Sequence record: LC788711.1 | Strand: one strand, 5' to 3' | Source of the DNA: Escherichia coli phage NG_S8 | DNA length: 64,000 nt | In this document: positions 25,645 to 34,759 of the stretch, piece by piece | Position numbering within the stretch: position 1 is the stretch's first letter | Layout: each line of letters begins with the position of its first letter | Translations under genes and position numbers: made by a program | Notes under the pieces: generated by a model | What the model saw: the letters and a program-made list of their open reading frames with translations, nothing else | Told to the model about the DNA's origin: nothing | Database searches by the model: none

Positions 25645-27117
25645 ATGACCTTGTTTAACGTGCAAGCTGTAGTGTTGAAGATGCTTCTCGCTTCTGGACA
25701 GAAGCAAATAGCATTGGAAACATTCTCAAAACTGCATAAAGATCATTTTAATGACGCTTTCTCCTCAATTTACCAAGCCGTCCAGAATTATTATAAGAAA
25801 TATAACGCAATGCCGTCCATTGACGCACTGATGCTTGAGGCCAATAGGAACGCCCGCCTTTCTCAAGCTCTTGTCGTCTTAGCTAACACTCAAATTCCAG
25901 AAGTGAGCATGGAACAGGCGCTTGAAGTCCTAGAAGCCGAATATACACAGGATCTATTCCTGAAACTTCTAGAAACAGACGTGCTTCAAGATTTAACAAT
26001 GCTGGATCAGGGAGAAATTCTCAACCGAGTTGCCTCCCTTCACTTAAAATTAGAAGAGAAAGTAACGAATACTGGAAAGGTATTCAACGCAGACACAATG
26101 CGTATTTTCCAGAGAGAAGAAGATACCAAACTGAACTTGATCGCTCTTGGTATTTGTAATGAGTTCGACGCTCAAATTGGTTTAGCTCGCACAGAAACGT
26201 TACTGCTTGGTGGTTGGCGTGGTACTGGTAAATCCATTATCTGTTCAAACATACAGGTTCAGCAATATTTGAATGGAGACATTGCTCCATATTTCTCAAT
26301 TGAGATGAAAGAGCACGAAGTGTTTAGACGTAATCTGGCTATGTTAGCTGGAGTATCTGCATTAGCAATGCGTAACAACACTCTTGAAGGTGCTGCTCTG
26401 TTGAGATTAGCCAGAACTAGGGCTAGGATGTTTAATGGTGGTGAAGAGCTTTTCGATAACTTCGTTAAGCAATACACTATGGCTAAAATGAGTGACTTCT
26501 ATGATATGGAAAGTAAACTCCTTGAAGGCTATGAGCTTCACACTCCTATGATCATCGTTTACGATCCTGAACTGTCTATTACGACGGTTGACGTAGAATT
26601 AAATAAACTAGTTGCTAAGTATGGTGATAAGGTTACTGTAGCTCTTCTAGACTATATTAACCAAACAAGACTTCCAGATTCAAAGACCATTGATATGTAT
26701 GACTGGAAAGAACAGATGGTTGTTAGTTCATCTTTCAAATCTATCTGCCAGAAACATAACGTGGCTGGTGTTGCCCCTTACCAGATTGACCAAGATGGTA
26801 GAACGCGTATGTCTAAAGGGATTCTTGATTCCGCAGATATGGCTGCTAATCTTAATGCTGCAAAAGCTGATAACGGTCAAGGTGCTATTATGTTTGACTT
26901 CGTTAAGACTCGTTCCTCTGATAGTGTGAAGTTTATGCCTAAGATGAACTGGGAAACTCTACGAATGGATAACACTACCAACCTAGCAATGGAAGATATT
27001 GCGCAAATGGAAGCTGAGTTCGTTATTCCTATTGAAAAGGATAAACCAGCTCAACCTAAACGTGCTAAGAAAGACAAAGCTGAAAATTCAACAGGTGAAC
27101 AGGCCAGCGATATATGA
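25645..27117 (+). CDS. DnaB-like replicative helicase
   Basis: Walker A LGGWRGTGKS; ATG at 25645 after AAGGAGA (the track ORF starts upstream at 25594); about 490 aa. Confidence 0.75.
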   Translation: MTLFNVQAVVLKMLLASGQKQIALETFSKLHKDHFNDAFSSIYQAVQNYYKKYNAMPSIDALMLEANRNARLSQALVVLANTQIPEVSMEQALEVLEAEYTQDLFLKLLETDVLQDLTMLDQGEILNRVASLHLKLEEKVTNTGKVFNADTMRIFQREEDTKLNLIALGICNEFDAQIGLARTETLLLGGWRGTGKSIICSNIQVQQYLNGDIAPYFSIEMKEHEVFRRNLAMLAGVSALAMRNNTLEGAALLRLARTRARMFNGGEELFDNFVKQYTMAKMSDFYDMESKLLEGYELHTPMIIVYDPELSITTVDVELNKLVAKYGDKVTVALLDYINQTRLPDSKTIDMYDWKEQMVVSSSFKSICQKHNVAGVAPYQIDQDGRTRMSKGILDSADMAANLNAAKADNGQGAIMFDFVKTRSSDSVKFMPKMNWETLRMDNTTNLAMEDIAQMEAEFVIPIEKDKPAQPKRAKKDKAENSTGEQASDI

Positions 27118-28004
27118 GTAGAATAACAGAACTACTTGATCTGAAAGGCATTGAATACAAAGACACAGGTGGGGACATCCTCATCTGTTGTCTCAATCCA
27201 GATCATGATGATAAACACCCAAGCTTGCGTATTGACCCTGAATCAGGTATTATGCATTGCTTGAGCTGTGGCTTCGGTAGAGGAATACCGAGCATTTACC
27301 ATTATTTTAATGAGACTCAGTACAGACAGTCACCAAGATTGTCACAAGTACGTAAAAAGATTTCAGAGATTAGGAATGGATCTACGAATCTTGCAATTCC
27401 TGAATCTGCTTACCTTTTCGAAGGTGATTTCCGAGGTATCAGTTCTAAGACCTTGAAGAAATATTTTGCTTTCCAACATCAAGCAGACTGGGAAGGCAGA
27501 ATTGTATTCCCAATAACAGATGCTGTTGGACGCAATATCCTATTTCTGGGACGTTCTATAAACAGTTCTGCCCCTCCTAAATACTTAGTAAAACCAAAAC
27601 AAGTTTCACCACCGATTTTCCCTGTACGATATAATACACCAGTTCTTGTTCTAGTTGAAGGTATCTTTGATATGTTAAATCTAGAAGATAACGGTGTGGA
27701 TTATGCTTCTTGCTGCTTTGGTACACATCAGTTTACATCTGATAACATTGCTGATAAGTTCAGTCCTTACATTATTGCTGGGGTAAGAGTAGTAGTTATC
27801 CTATTAGATAATGATGCCTCTGGTAATAAAGCTGCTCAAGCACTAGCGAAGCTAATTCGTACAAAAACACGTTTAACACCTGTAGTTGGTAACTTCCTTC
27901 TTCCAGAAGGCAAAGACCCAGGTGATTTAAATAAAGAAGAGATCGATATGTTGGCTCAACGTATTGAAATTTTAGTTGCCGAATCGCTCAAAGATTTGGT
28001 ATAA
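27114..28004 (+). CDS. DNA primase (zinc-finger plus TOPRIM)
   Basis: CCLNPDHDDKHPS...HCLSCGFG zinc-binding motif, 296 aa, translationally coupled to the helicase. Confidence 0.8.
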   Translation: MSRITELLDLKGIEYKDTGGDILICCLNPDHDDKHPSLRIDPESGIMHCLSCGFGRGIPSIYHYFNETQYRQSPRLSQVRKKISEIRNGSTNLAIPESAYLFEGDFRGISSKTLKKYFAFQHQADWEGRIVFPITDAVGRNILFLGRSINSSAPPKYLVKPKQVSPPIFPVRYNTPVLVLVEGIFDMLNLEDNGVDYASCCFGTHQFTSDNIADKFSPYIIAGVRVVVILLDNDASGNKAAQALAKLIRTKTRLTPVVGNFLLPEGKDPGDLNKEEIDMLAQRIEILVAESLKDLV

Positions 28005-28005
28005 T
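27976..28005 (+). promoter_or_regulatory. putative sigma70 promoter upstream of the polymerase gene
   Basis: TTGCCG-18 bp-TATAAT overlapping the primase 3' end. Confidence 0.45.
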
Positions 28006-28066
28006 ATATTGGTAAGTTAGAGAAGAAACACTGAAGTTATACTTACTTACCAAAAGGAGACTAAAT

Positions 28067-30634
28067 TTGAAAATTGCAGTAGTTGATAAAGCTCTAAATA
28101 ACACTCGTTATGATAAACACTTCCAGCTTTACGGTGAGGAAGTTGATGTATTCCATATGTGTAACGAGAAGTTATCTGGCCGTTTGCTGAAAAAGCATAT
28201 TACAATCGGAACTCCAGATAACCCGTTCGATCCGAACGATTACGATTTTGTTGTACTAGTTGGTGCTGAACCTTTCCTGTATTTCGCAGGTAAGAAAGGT
28301 ATCGGTGATTATACTGGTAAACGTGTAGAGCATGGCGGCTATGCCAATTGGATTGCAAGTATTAGTCCAGCTCAGTTACACTTTAAACCTGAAATGAAAC
28401 CAGTTTTCGATGCAACTGTAGAAAGTATTCACGATATTATTAATGGTCGTGAGAAGATTGCAAAAGCTGGTGATTATCGTCCTATTACTGATCCAGATGA
28501 AGCTGAAGAATACATCAAGATGGTGTATAACATGGTTATCGGTCCTATCGCATTCGACTCCGAAACCTCAGCTTTGTACGCTCGTGATGGTTATCTGCTT
28601 GGTGTTTCTATATCTCACCAAGAGTACCAGGGTGTTTATATTGACTCTGACAGCATAACCGAAGTAGCTGTACATTATCTCCAGAAAATTCTGGATAGCA
28701 AGAATCATCAGATCGTTTTTCATAACTTGAAGTTCGATATGCACTTTTATTCCTATCACTTAGGACTTTCCTTTGAGAAAGCACATAAAGAGCGTAGACT
28801 TCATGATACCATGTTACAACACTATGTTCTCGATGAACGTCGTGGTACTCACGGCTTGAAATCTCTGGCTATGAAGTATACTGACATGGGCGATTACGAC
28901 TTTGAACTGGATAAGTTCAAGGATGATTATTGCAAAGCACATAAAATCAAGAAAGAAGATTTCAGCTATGATCTGATTCCATTTGATATTATGTGGCCTT
29001 ATGCTGCAAAAGATACCGATGCTACTCTGCGTCTGCATAACTTCTTCTTACCGAAAATTGAGAAGAATGAAAAACTTTGCAGTCTATACTATGATGTTCT
29101 GATGCCTGGTTGCGTATTCCTGCAACGTGTTGAAGATCGTGGTGTACCAATTTCTGTTGATCGCTTGAAAGAAGCTCAGTATCAGTTAACTCACAACCTG
29201 AGCAAGGCTCGTGAAAAGCTGTATACTTATCCAGAAGTCGTTCAGCTAGAGAAAGATCAGAACGAAGCGTTTAACCCGAACTCTGTTAAGCAACTTCGTG
29301 TTCTTCTGTTTGATTATGTTGGTCTGACTCCAACGGGTAAATTGACGGATACAGGTGCAGATTCTACAAACGCAGAAGCTCTGAATGAATTGGCTACTCA
29401 GCACCCGATTGCGAAAACTCTGCTAGAGATTCGTAAGCTGACTAAGCTGATCTCTACTTATGTTGAGAAGATTCTTCTGAGCATCGATGCAGATGGTTAC
29501 ATTCGTACTGGTTTCCACGAACACATGACTACTTCTGGTCGTCTGAGTTCTTCTGGTAAGCTAAACCTGCAACAGTTACCGCGTGATGAATCTATTATCA
29601 AGGGTTGTGTAGTAGCTCCCCCTGGATATCGTGTAATCGCATGGGACTTAACAACTGCGGAAGTTTATTACGCTGCTGTACTGTCTGGTGACAGAAACAT
29701 GCAACAAGTATTTATCAACATGAAGAATGAGCCTGATAAATACCCTGACTTCCACTCAAACATCGCACACATGGTATTTAAACTGACCTGTGAACCACGT
29801 GATGTTAAGAAGCTGTTCCCAGCTCTGCGTCAGGCTGCTAAGGCAATTACCTTCGGTATTCTGTATGGTTCTGGCCCAGCTAAAGTAGCTCATTCTGTTA
29901 ACGAAGCTCTTCTGGAACAGGCTGCTAAGACAGGCGAACCGTTTGTTGAATGTACCGTTGCAGATGCGAAGGACTATATCGAAACTTACTTCGGTCAGTT
30001 CCCTCAGCTTAAGCGTTGGATTGATAAGTGCCACGATCAGATCAAGAACTTTGGATTCATCTATAGTCACTTTGGTCGTAAGCGTCGTCTGCACAACATC
30101 CATTCCGAAGATCGTGGTGTTCAGGGTGAAGAAATCCGTTCTGGATTTAACGCAATCATTCAGTCTGCATCTTCTGATAGCCTGCTGTTAGGTGCTATTG
30201 ATGCTGATGAAGAAATCCTATCCCTGGGTCTAGGAAAAGAGATGAAGATCGTCATGTTGGTTCACGACTCCGTGGTTGCTATTGTACGTGAAGATCTGAT
30301 TGATCAATATAACGAGATTCTGATTCGTAACATCCAGAAGGATCGTGGTATTAGTATCCCTGGCTGCCCAATCGGTATTGATTCTGATTCTGAGAAAGGT
30401 GGTTCTCGTGACTACTCTTGTGGTAAGATGAAGAAACAGCACCCATCAATCGCTTGTATTGATGATGATGAGTATACTCGTTATGTTAAGGGTGTATTAC
30501 TCGATGCAGATTTCGAGTATAAGAAGTTAGCTGCAATGGATAAAGAGCATCCAGACCACAGCAAGTACAAGGATGATAAGTTTATTGCTGTATGTAAAGA
30601 TCTGGATAATGTGAAAAGGATTTTAGGTGCTTGA
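28067..30634 (+). CDS. DNA polymerase, family A (T5 type), with 3'-5' exonuclease domain
   Basis: 855 aa, the length I recall for T5 DNA polymerase; TTG start after AAGGAGA; polymerase palm motifs in the C-terminal half. Confidence 0.9.
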   Translation: MKIAVVDKALNNTRYDKHFQLYGEEVDVFHMCNEKLSGRLLKKHITIGTPDNPFDPNDYDFVVLVGAEPFLYFAGKKGIGDYTGKRVEHGGYANWIASISPAQLHFKPEMKPVFDATVESIHDIINGREKIAKAGDYRPITDPDEAEEYIKMVYNMVIGPIAFDSETSALYARDGYLLGVSISHQEYQGVYIDSDSITEVAVHYLQKILDSKNHQIVFHNLKFDMHFYSYHLGLSFEKAHKERRLHDTMLQHYVLDERRGTHGLKSLAMKYTDMGDYDFELDKFKDDYCKAHKIKKEDFSYDLIPFDIMWPYAAKDTDATLRLHNFFLPKIEKNEKLCSLYYDVLMPGCVFLQRVEDRGVPISVDRLKEAQYQLTHNLSKAREKLYTYPEVVQLEKDQNEAFNPNSVKQLRVLLFDYVGLTPTGKLTDTGADSTNAEALNELATQHPIAKTLLEIRKLTKLISTYVEKILLSIDADGYIRTGFHEHMTTSGRLSSSGKLNLQQLPRDESIIKGCVVAPPGYRVIAWDLTTAEVYYAAVLSGDRNMQQVFINMKNEPDKYPDFHSNIAHMVFKLTCEPRDVKKLFPALRQAAKAITFGILYGSGPAKVAHSVNEALLEQAAKTGEPFVECTVADAKDYIETYFGQFPQLKRWIDKCHDQIKNFGFIYSHFGRKRRLHNIHSEDRGVQGEEIRSGFNAIIQSASSDSLLLGAIDADEEILSLGLGKEMKIVMLVHDSVVAIVREDLIDQYNEILIRNIQKDRGISIPGCPIGIDSDSEKGGSRDYSCGKMKKQHPSIACIDDDEYTRYVKGVLLDADFEYKKLAAMDKEHPDHSKYKDDKFIAVCKDLDNVKRILGA

Positions 30635-31124
30635 TTTCAAATTGCCCGTATATGCTTTACGGGCGTTTGTATCAATTGAGCAGGAAGGTGATTATTCCGT
30701 AATTACAACAAGATATAATAAATATGTGCTAGATAACAGGGAGTTGCCTGGCACATTCTCTCAACGTAGGTTAGCCTTATTTGAGAAGCGGAAAGAATTA
30801 CCTTATAAGCTCTATCCTATTCGTGGTAGAATATCAATGTTGTCCCAATTAGTTGGGTCAAAGCGTAGCCAGTTCATAGATTCTGATGGAAATCTCATTA
30901 ACTGGAAGAAAACTACGTTCTATGATGTTATCACGTCTAAAGTTCTGCATTCTGCAAGAATTTATAATGGAAAGTATCAATGCTATGTGGCTAAAGTCCC
31001 GTATCCATTCGTGCTATCCTATGTTCCAGCTTATATAAGCTATATTCTGGTAAATAATAGCCCTGTTATTTATCAAGTCCATCAAGAGGAGCCTGAAATT
31101 CCTAGACTTAGAATAAAATTATGA
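30627..31124 (+). CDS. hypothetical protein
   Basis: 165 aa, overlaps the polymerase stop and is coupled to the next helicase. Confidence 0.5.
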   Translation: MLDFKLPVYALRAFVSIEQEGDYSVITTRYNKYVLDNRELPGTFSQRRLALFEKRKELPYKLYPIRGRISMLSQLVGSKRSQFIDSDGNLINWKKTTFYDVITSKVLHSARIYNGKYQCYVAKVPYPFVLSYVPAYISYILVNNSPVIYQVHQEEPEIPRLRIKL

Positions 31125-32473
31125 AGGTTGTTATATCTAATAAAGCCTATTTCAAGCCCGATGATGAACTCTGGGATTATTGTAGTAAGCAAACCACTTA
31201 TCACATCGAGACAATGACTAGTAAATACCCTATTATGTATAAGAATAGTGGTGTTGTTGCTAAAGAGATTAAGTGGATTCCCATTACGCGCCTGGATTTA
31301 CTAGATGCTAAGGGAGTAAAATACGAATTAGTTGATAAACGCACATTAGCTCCGGTAGAAATACCAGAACCTCAGTTCAAGCTACGTGAAGAAGATCAGC
31401 TTCCTATATATGAAGAGTGCGATGATACCTGTATTATTAATGGTAAGCCTGGATTTGGTAAAACTATCCTAGCTCTAGCTCTTGCATATAAGTTTGGCCA
31501 GAAAACTCTGGTAATCTGCACTAACACATCCATTCGTGAAATGTGGGCTGCAGAAGTTCGTAAATGGTTTGGATTCGAGCCGGGTATTATAGGTTCTGGA
31601 AAGTATAACATTGATCCACCAATCGTGGTCAGTAATATACAAACAGTGAACAAACATGCGAATAATCTTTCTAAGGTATTCGGTACTGTTATAGTTGATG
31701 AAGTTCACCACTGTGTAGCTACAACTTTCACTAATTTCCTAGAGATCTCATGTGCTCGCTACAAGATCGGTCTATCAGGTACATTAAAACGTAAAGATGG
31801 GCTACAAGTTATGTTCAAAGATTTCTTTGGATATAAGATCTTTAGTCCCCCTGTTAATAACACTGTTCCACCCACAATCCATAGGTACTCCGTACCTGTC
31901 GAGTTATCAGGAAACCAGAACGTACCATGGGCACTACGTGCTAATGATGTATATAATCATCCTGAATATCGGGAAACTATTATAAACCTAGCACATTTAT
32001 ATGTGTCTATGGGGCATAAGGTTCTCTTTGTAAGTGATAGGACGGAACTAATCCAAACAATATTAGAAGCTCTCGCACAACGTGGTGTTACAACCTATGA
32101 GATTATAGGTGCAACTCCTTTGGATGACCGATTGAGAATCCAGAAAGATGTAGCGGAGGGCGGACCCTGTGTGCTTGCAGCAGCTCAGAGTATCTTCTCA
32201 GAAGGTATTTCTCTTAACGAGCTGTCTTGTTTAATAATGGGAAGTCTCATTAATAATGAATCTCTCATAGAACAGTTAGCAGGCCGCGTTCAACGTATTG
32301 TTGACGGAAAGCTAGATCCGATTGTTGTAGATTTAATTATGAAAGGAGGTACTGGTTTAAGACAGGCTTCTGGACGTATGGCCGTGTATCGCAATAATGC
32401 ATGGAAAACTATTACTATGACTCCGGAGAAAGCAGTACAATTAGCTAAAATTGCATTTGGCAACTACTCATAA
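31121..32473 (+). CDS. SF2 DNA helicase (T5 D10-like)
   Basis: Walker A NGKPGFGKT, DEAH-like box VDEVHH, 450 aa. Confidence 0.85.
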   Translation: MKVVISNKAYFKPDDELWDYCSKQTTYHIETMTSKYPIMYKNSGVVAKEIKWIPITRLDLLDAKGVKYELVDKRTLAPVEIPEPQFKLREEDQLPIYEECDDTCIINGKPGFGKTILALALAYKFGQKTLVICTNTSIREMWAAEVRKWFGFEPGIIGSGKYNIDPPIVVSNIQTVNKHANNLSKVFGTVIVDEVHHCVATTFTNFLEISCARYKIGLSGTLKRKDGLQVMFKDFFGYKIFSPPVNNTVPPTIHRYSVPVELSGNQNVPWALRANDVYNHPEYRETIINLAHLYVSMGHKVLFVSDRTELIQTILEALAQRGVTTYEIIGATPLDDRLRIQKDVAEGGPCVLAAAQSIFSEGISLNELSCLIMGSLINNESLIEQLAGRVQRIVDGKLDPIVVDLIMKGGTGLRQASGRMAVYRNNAWKTITMTPEKAVQLAKIAFGNYS

Positions 32474-32485
32474 TTATTGTATAAT
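32457..32485 (+). promoter_or_regulatory. early sigma70 promoter, first of a tandem pair
   Basis: TTGGCA-17 bp-TATAAT then conserved leader CATAAATTTGAGAGAG. Confidence 0.55.
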
Positions 32486-32556
32486 ATATACATAAATTTG
32501 AGAGAGAAAGTTTCGGATTGATAAGAAAGTCCGAAGCAGAAAAATAAAAATTGTAC

Positions 32557-32586
32557 TTGTCAAATCCTCCCGATTTAATGTATAAT
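32557..32586 (+). promoter_or_regulatory. early sigma70 promoter, second of a tandem pair
   Basis: TTGTCA-18 bp-TATAAT then ATATACATAAATTGATGAGAGACAAAA-ATG. Confidence 0.6.
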
Positions 32587-32613
32587 ATATACATAAATTG
32601 ATGAGAGACAAAA

Positions 32614-32976
32614 ATGAAATTCTTTGATTACGAGAGAATTTACCTCTTAGCTAGAGGAAACTCCGACCTGATTGTCAAGCTATTTAATAGAATGCTTGCA
32701 GAGCCTGATGCTTACCAACTACTGGTCGGTTCTTCATTCATCTTGAATGAATCAACTATTGTTGATAACCCTTACAAATTGTCTAATAGACAACTGGCAG
32801 AATATCTAGGAATTCTAAGTCTACGAAATTATGCCGAATATAAGTTTACAAACGATCCGAGTTTGGACATGCAATATGTCCCCATATGGATACCACGTTC
32901 TGTAATCGACACTAACCCACTAATTGCAATCAATAAATCGAAGATAATCTTTAAAGAGGAAATAAAATATGGCTAA
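32614..32976 (+). CDS. hypothetical protein
   Basis: 120 aa downstream of the tandem promoters. Confidence 0.55.
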   Translation: MKFFDYERIYLLARGNSDLIVKLFNRMLAEPDAYQLLVGSSFILNESTIVDNPYKLSNRQLAEYLGILSLRNYAEYKFTNDPSLDMQYVPIWIPRSVIDTNPLIAINKSKIIFKEEIKYG

Positions 32977-33742
32977 GTCTTGGGGCGAAACTACTGGCGG
33001 TTCTAACGATAAAATCGACTTCCTGAAATTCAACAACGGTGTAACTCGTGTTCGTATCGTTTCTGGTGTTCTTCCACGTTATGTATACTGGCTGACTAAC
33101 AAAGATGGTAATGCAGCTCCGTTTGAGTGCCTGCGTTTCAACCGTACTAAAGAGAGCTTCGTTCGCGGTAAAGCTGACCCGATTCACGAAATGGGTTTCT
33201 TCGAGAAAGAGCTGGACAAAGATGGTAATCGTGTTCCGCTGAAACCGAAGAAAAACTACATCGCTTTCGTTATCGACCGTTCTGATAACAAACTGAAAGT
33301 TATGGAAGTTAAAGCTACGATCCTGAAAGGCATCCAGTCTATCATGAAGCAGCTTGAACTGGCAGATCCATTCGATATCGATATTTCTATCGAGAAGAAA
33401 GGTAAAGGCTTCGATACTGAGTACGATGTACAGCAGATCGCAGCAATGCAGTTCCAGATGAAACTGAAAGATCCTACCAGTGCTGAGTCTAAACTGCACG
33501 CCGCTGATGTTGATATCCTCGGTGAAGCTATGTGTGATGATACTGGTGAGTTCATCAAGTTCGAAAAAGTTCCTTCTCTGGAAGAAACCTACCCGGTTCC
33601 GTCCTATGAAGAGCAGAAAGAAGCTATTCTCGCCTTCATGGAAGGTCGTGAGAAGCAAGAAGGCGGTGACGCTAAGTCTGGTGGAGATGCTGGTTCTCAG
33701 AAAGGCATCGACGCTGAAGCTGCTAGCGATCTGGACGACTAA
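32969..33742 (+). CDS. putative single-stranded DNA-binding protein with acidic C-terminal tail
   Basis: 257 aa; C-terminus EAASDLDD is acidic like SSB tails; sits in the replication/recombination cluster. Confidence 0.4.
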   Translation: MAKSWGETTGGSNDKIDFLKFNNGVTRVRIVSGVLPRYVYWLTNKDGNAAPFECLRFNRTKESFVRGKADPIHEMGFFEKELDKDGNRVPLKPKKNYIAFVIDRSDNKLKVMEVKATILKGIQSIMKQLELADPFDIDISIEKKGKGFDTEYDVQQIAAMQFQMKLKDPTSAESKLHAADVDILGEAMCDDTGEFIKFEKVPSLEETYPVPSYEEQKEAILAFMEGREKQEGGDAKSGGDAGSQKGIDAEAASDLDD

Positions 33743-33748
33743 TAAACC

Positions 33749-33777
33749 AAGGGGAGCTACGGCTCCCTTTCTTTTTA
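33749..33777 (+). terminator. intrinsic terminator
   Basis: GGGAGC-TACG-GCTCCC followed by TTTCTTTTT. Confidence 0.7.
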
Positions 33778-33781
33778 ACTT

Positions 33782-34759
33782 ATGAGAATACTATTTAGTG
33801 CTGATCATCATATCAAATTAGGACAAGATAAAGTTCCAAAGGAATGGCAGAAGCGTCGCTTCCTGATGCTAGGAGAACGGTTAAATGACGTATTCCATAA
33901 TCATAACTGTGATCTGCATATTGCTGGTGGTGATATTCTTGATGTTGCCGACCCATCGTCGGAAGAAATAGAACTTCTTGAACAGTTCATGTCAAGACTT
34001 GACCATCCAGGCAAGATCTTCACAGGGAACCATGAAATGTTAACTAAAACTATTTCATGTCTGTATCACTATGCAGGAGTTATTAATAAAGTAACAAACG
34101 GAAATTGGGAAGTCATTACTAAACCATATCGTTCTCCTGAATTTGATATTGTCCCTTATGATGAGATCCACAAACCAAAGTGGAAACCATCTGAGTCAAA
34201 ACTATGTTTCACGCATGTTCGTGGTGAAATCCCTCCACATGTAAAACCAGAGATTGATCTAACGAGGTATAACTGTTATGACACTGTAATTGCTGGCGAT
34301 TTACATTCTTATACTAATAGTCAAACTGTTGGTTCTACTAGACTTCTTTATCCAGGATCTCCATTAACTACATCGTTCCACAGAGAACGCACAAAAGGTA
34401 CAAATGGTTGTTTTATCATTGATACCGACACATTAAAAGTAGAATGGATTGAACTCGGTGACTTACCACAGCTGATTCGTAAAACAATCGGAGTTGGTGA
34501 GGAAATGGAGCCTAGTGACTATGACCGTGTAATTTATGAAGTCACTGGTGACGTCGTTCAGTTAAAGTCTATTAAAGATTCCGATCTCTTAGATAAAAAG
34601 ATTAACCATCGAGTTACTAAAGATGCTAAGTTAAATCTTGTTGATCTTGATATGTTAGGCGAACTTGAACTTTACTTCCGTGAAGTTGAAAAGCTGTCTC
34701 AAGACGACATTGATAGAATCTTAGCTAGAGCTGCTAAATATGTCAAAGATTATAATTAA
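33782..34759 (+). CDS. SbcD/Mre11-like nuclease (T5 D12-like)
   Basis: Calcineurin-like phosphoesterase motifs ILFSADHH, GGDILD, GNHE; 325 aa. Confidence 0.9.
   Translation: MRILFSADHHIKLGQDKVPKEWQKRRFLMLGERLNDVFHNHNCDLHIAGGDILDVADPSSEEIELLEQFMSRLDHPGKIFTGNHEMLTKTISCLYHYAGVINKVTNGNWEVITKPYRSPEFDIVPYDEIHKPKWKPSESKLCFTHVRGEIPPHVKPEIDLTRYNCYDTVIAGDLHSYTNSQTVGSTRLLYPGSPLTTSFHRERTKGTNGCFIIDTDTLKVEWIELGDLPQLIRKTIGVGEEMEPSDYDRVIYEVTGDVVQLKSIKDSDLLDKKINHRVTKDAKLNLVDLDMLGELELYFREVEKLSQDDIDRILARAAKYVKDYN

Noticed and set aside
28011-28051. Inverted repeat GGTAAGT...ACTTACC upstream of the polymerase gene as a terminator
   Set aside because: The loop is about 27 nt and there is no T-tract; unlikely to be an intrinsic terminator, though it could be a regulatory structure.
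32951-33658. 235 aa minus-strand ORF antisense to the SSB-like gene, and similar antisense ORFs at 35702-36280 and 33256-33558
   Set aside because: Embedded opposite plus-strand replication genes; shadow ORFs produced by the GAA/GAT-rich coding strand; no expression signals.
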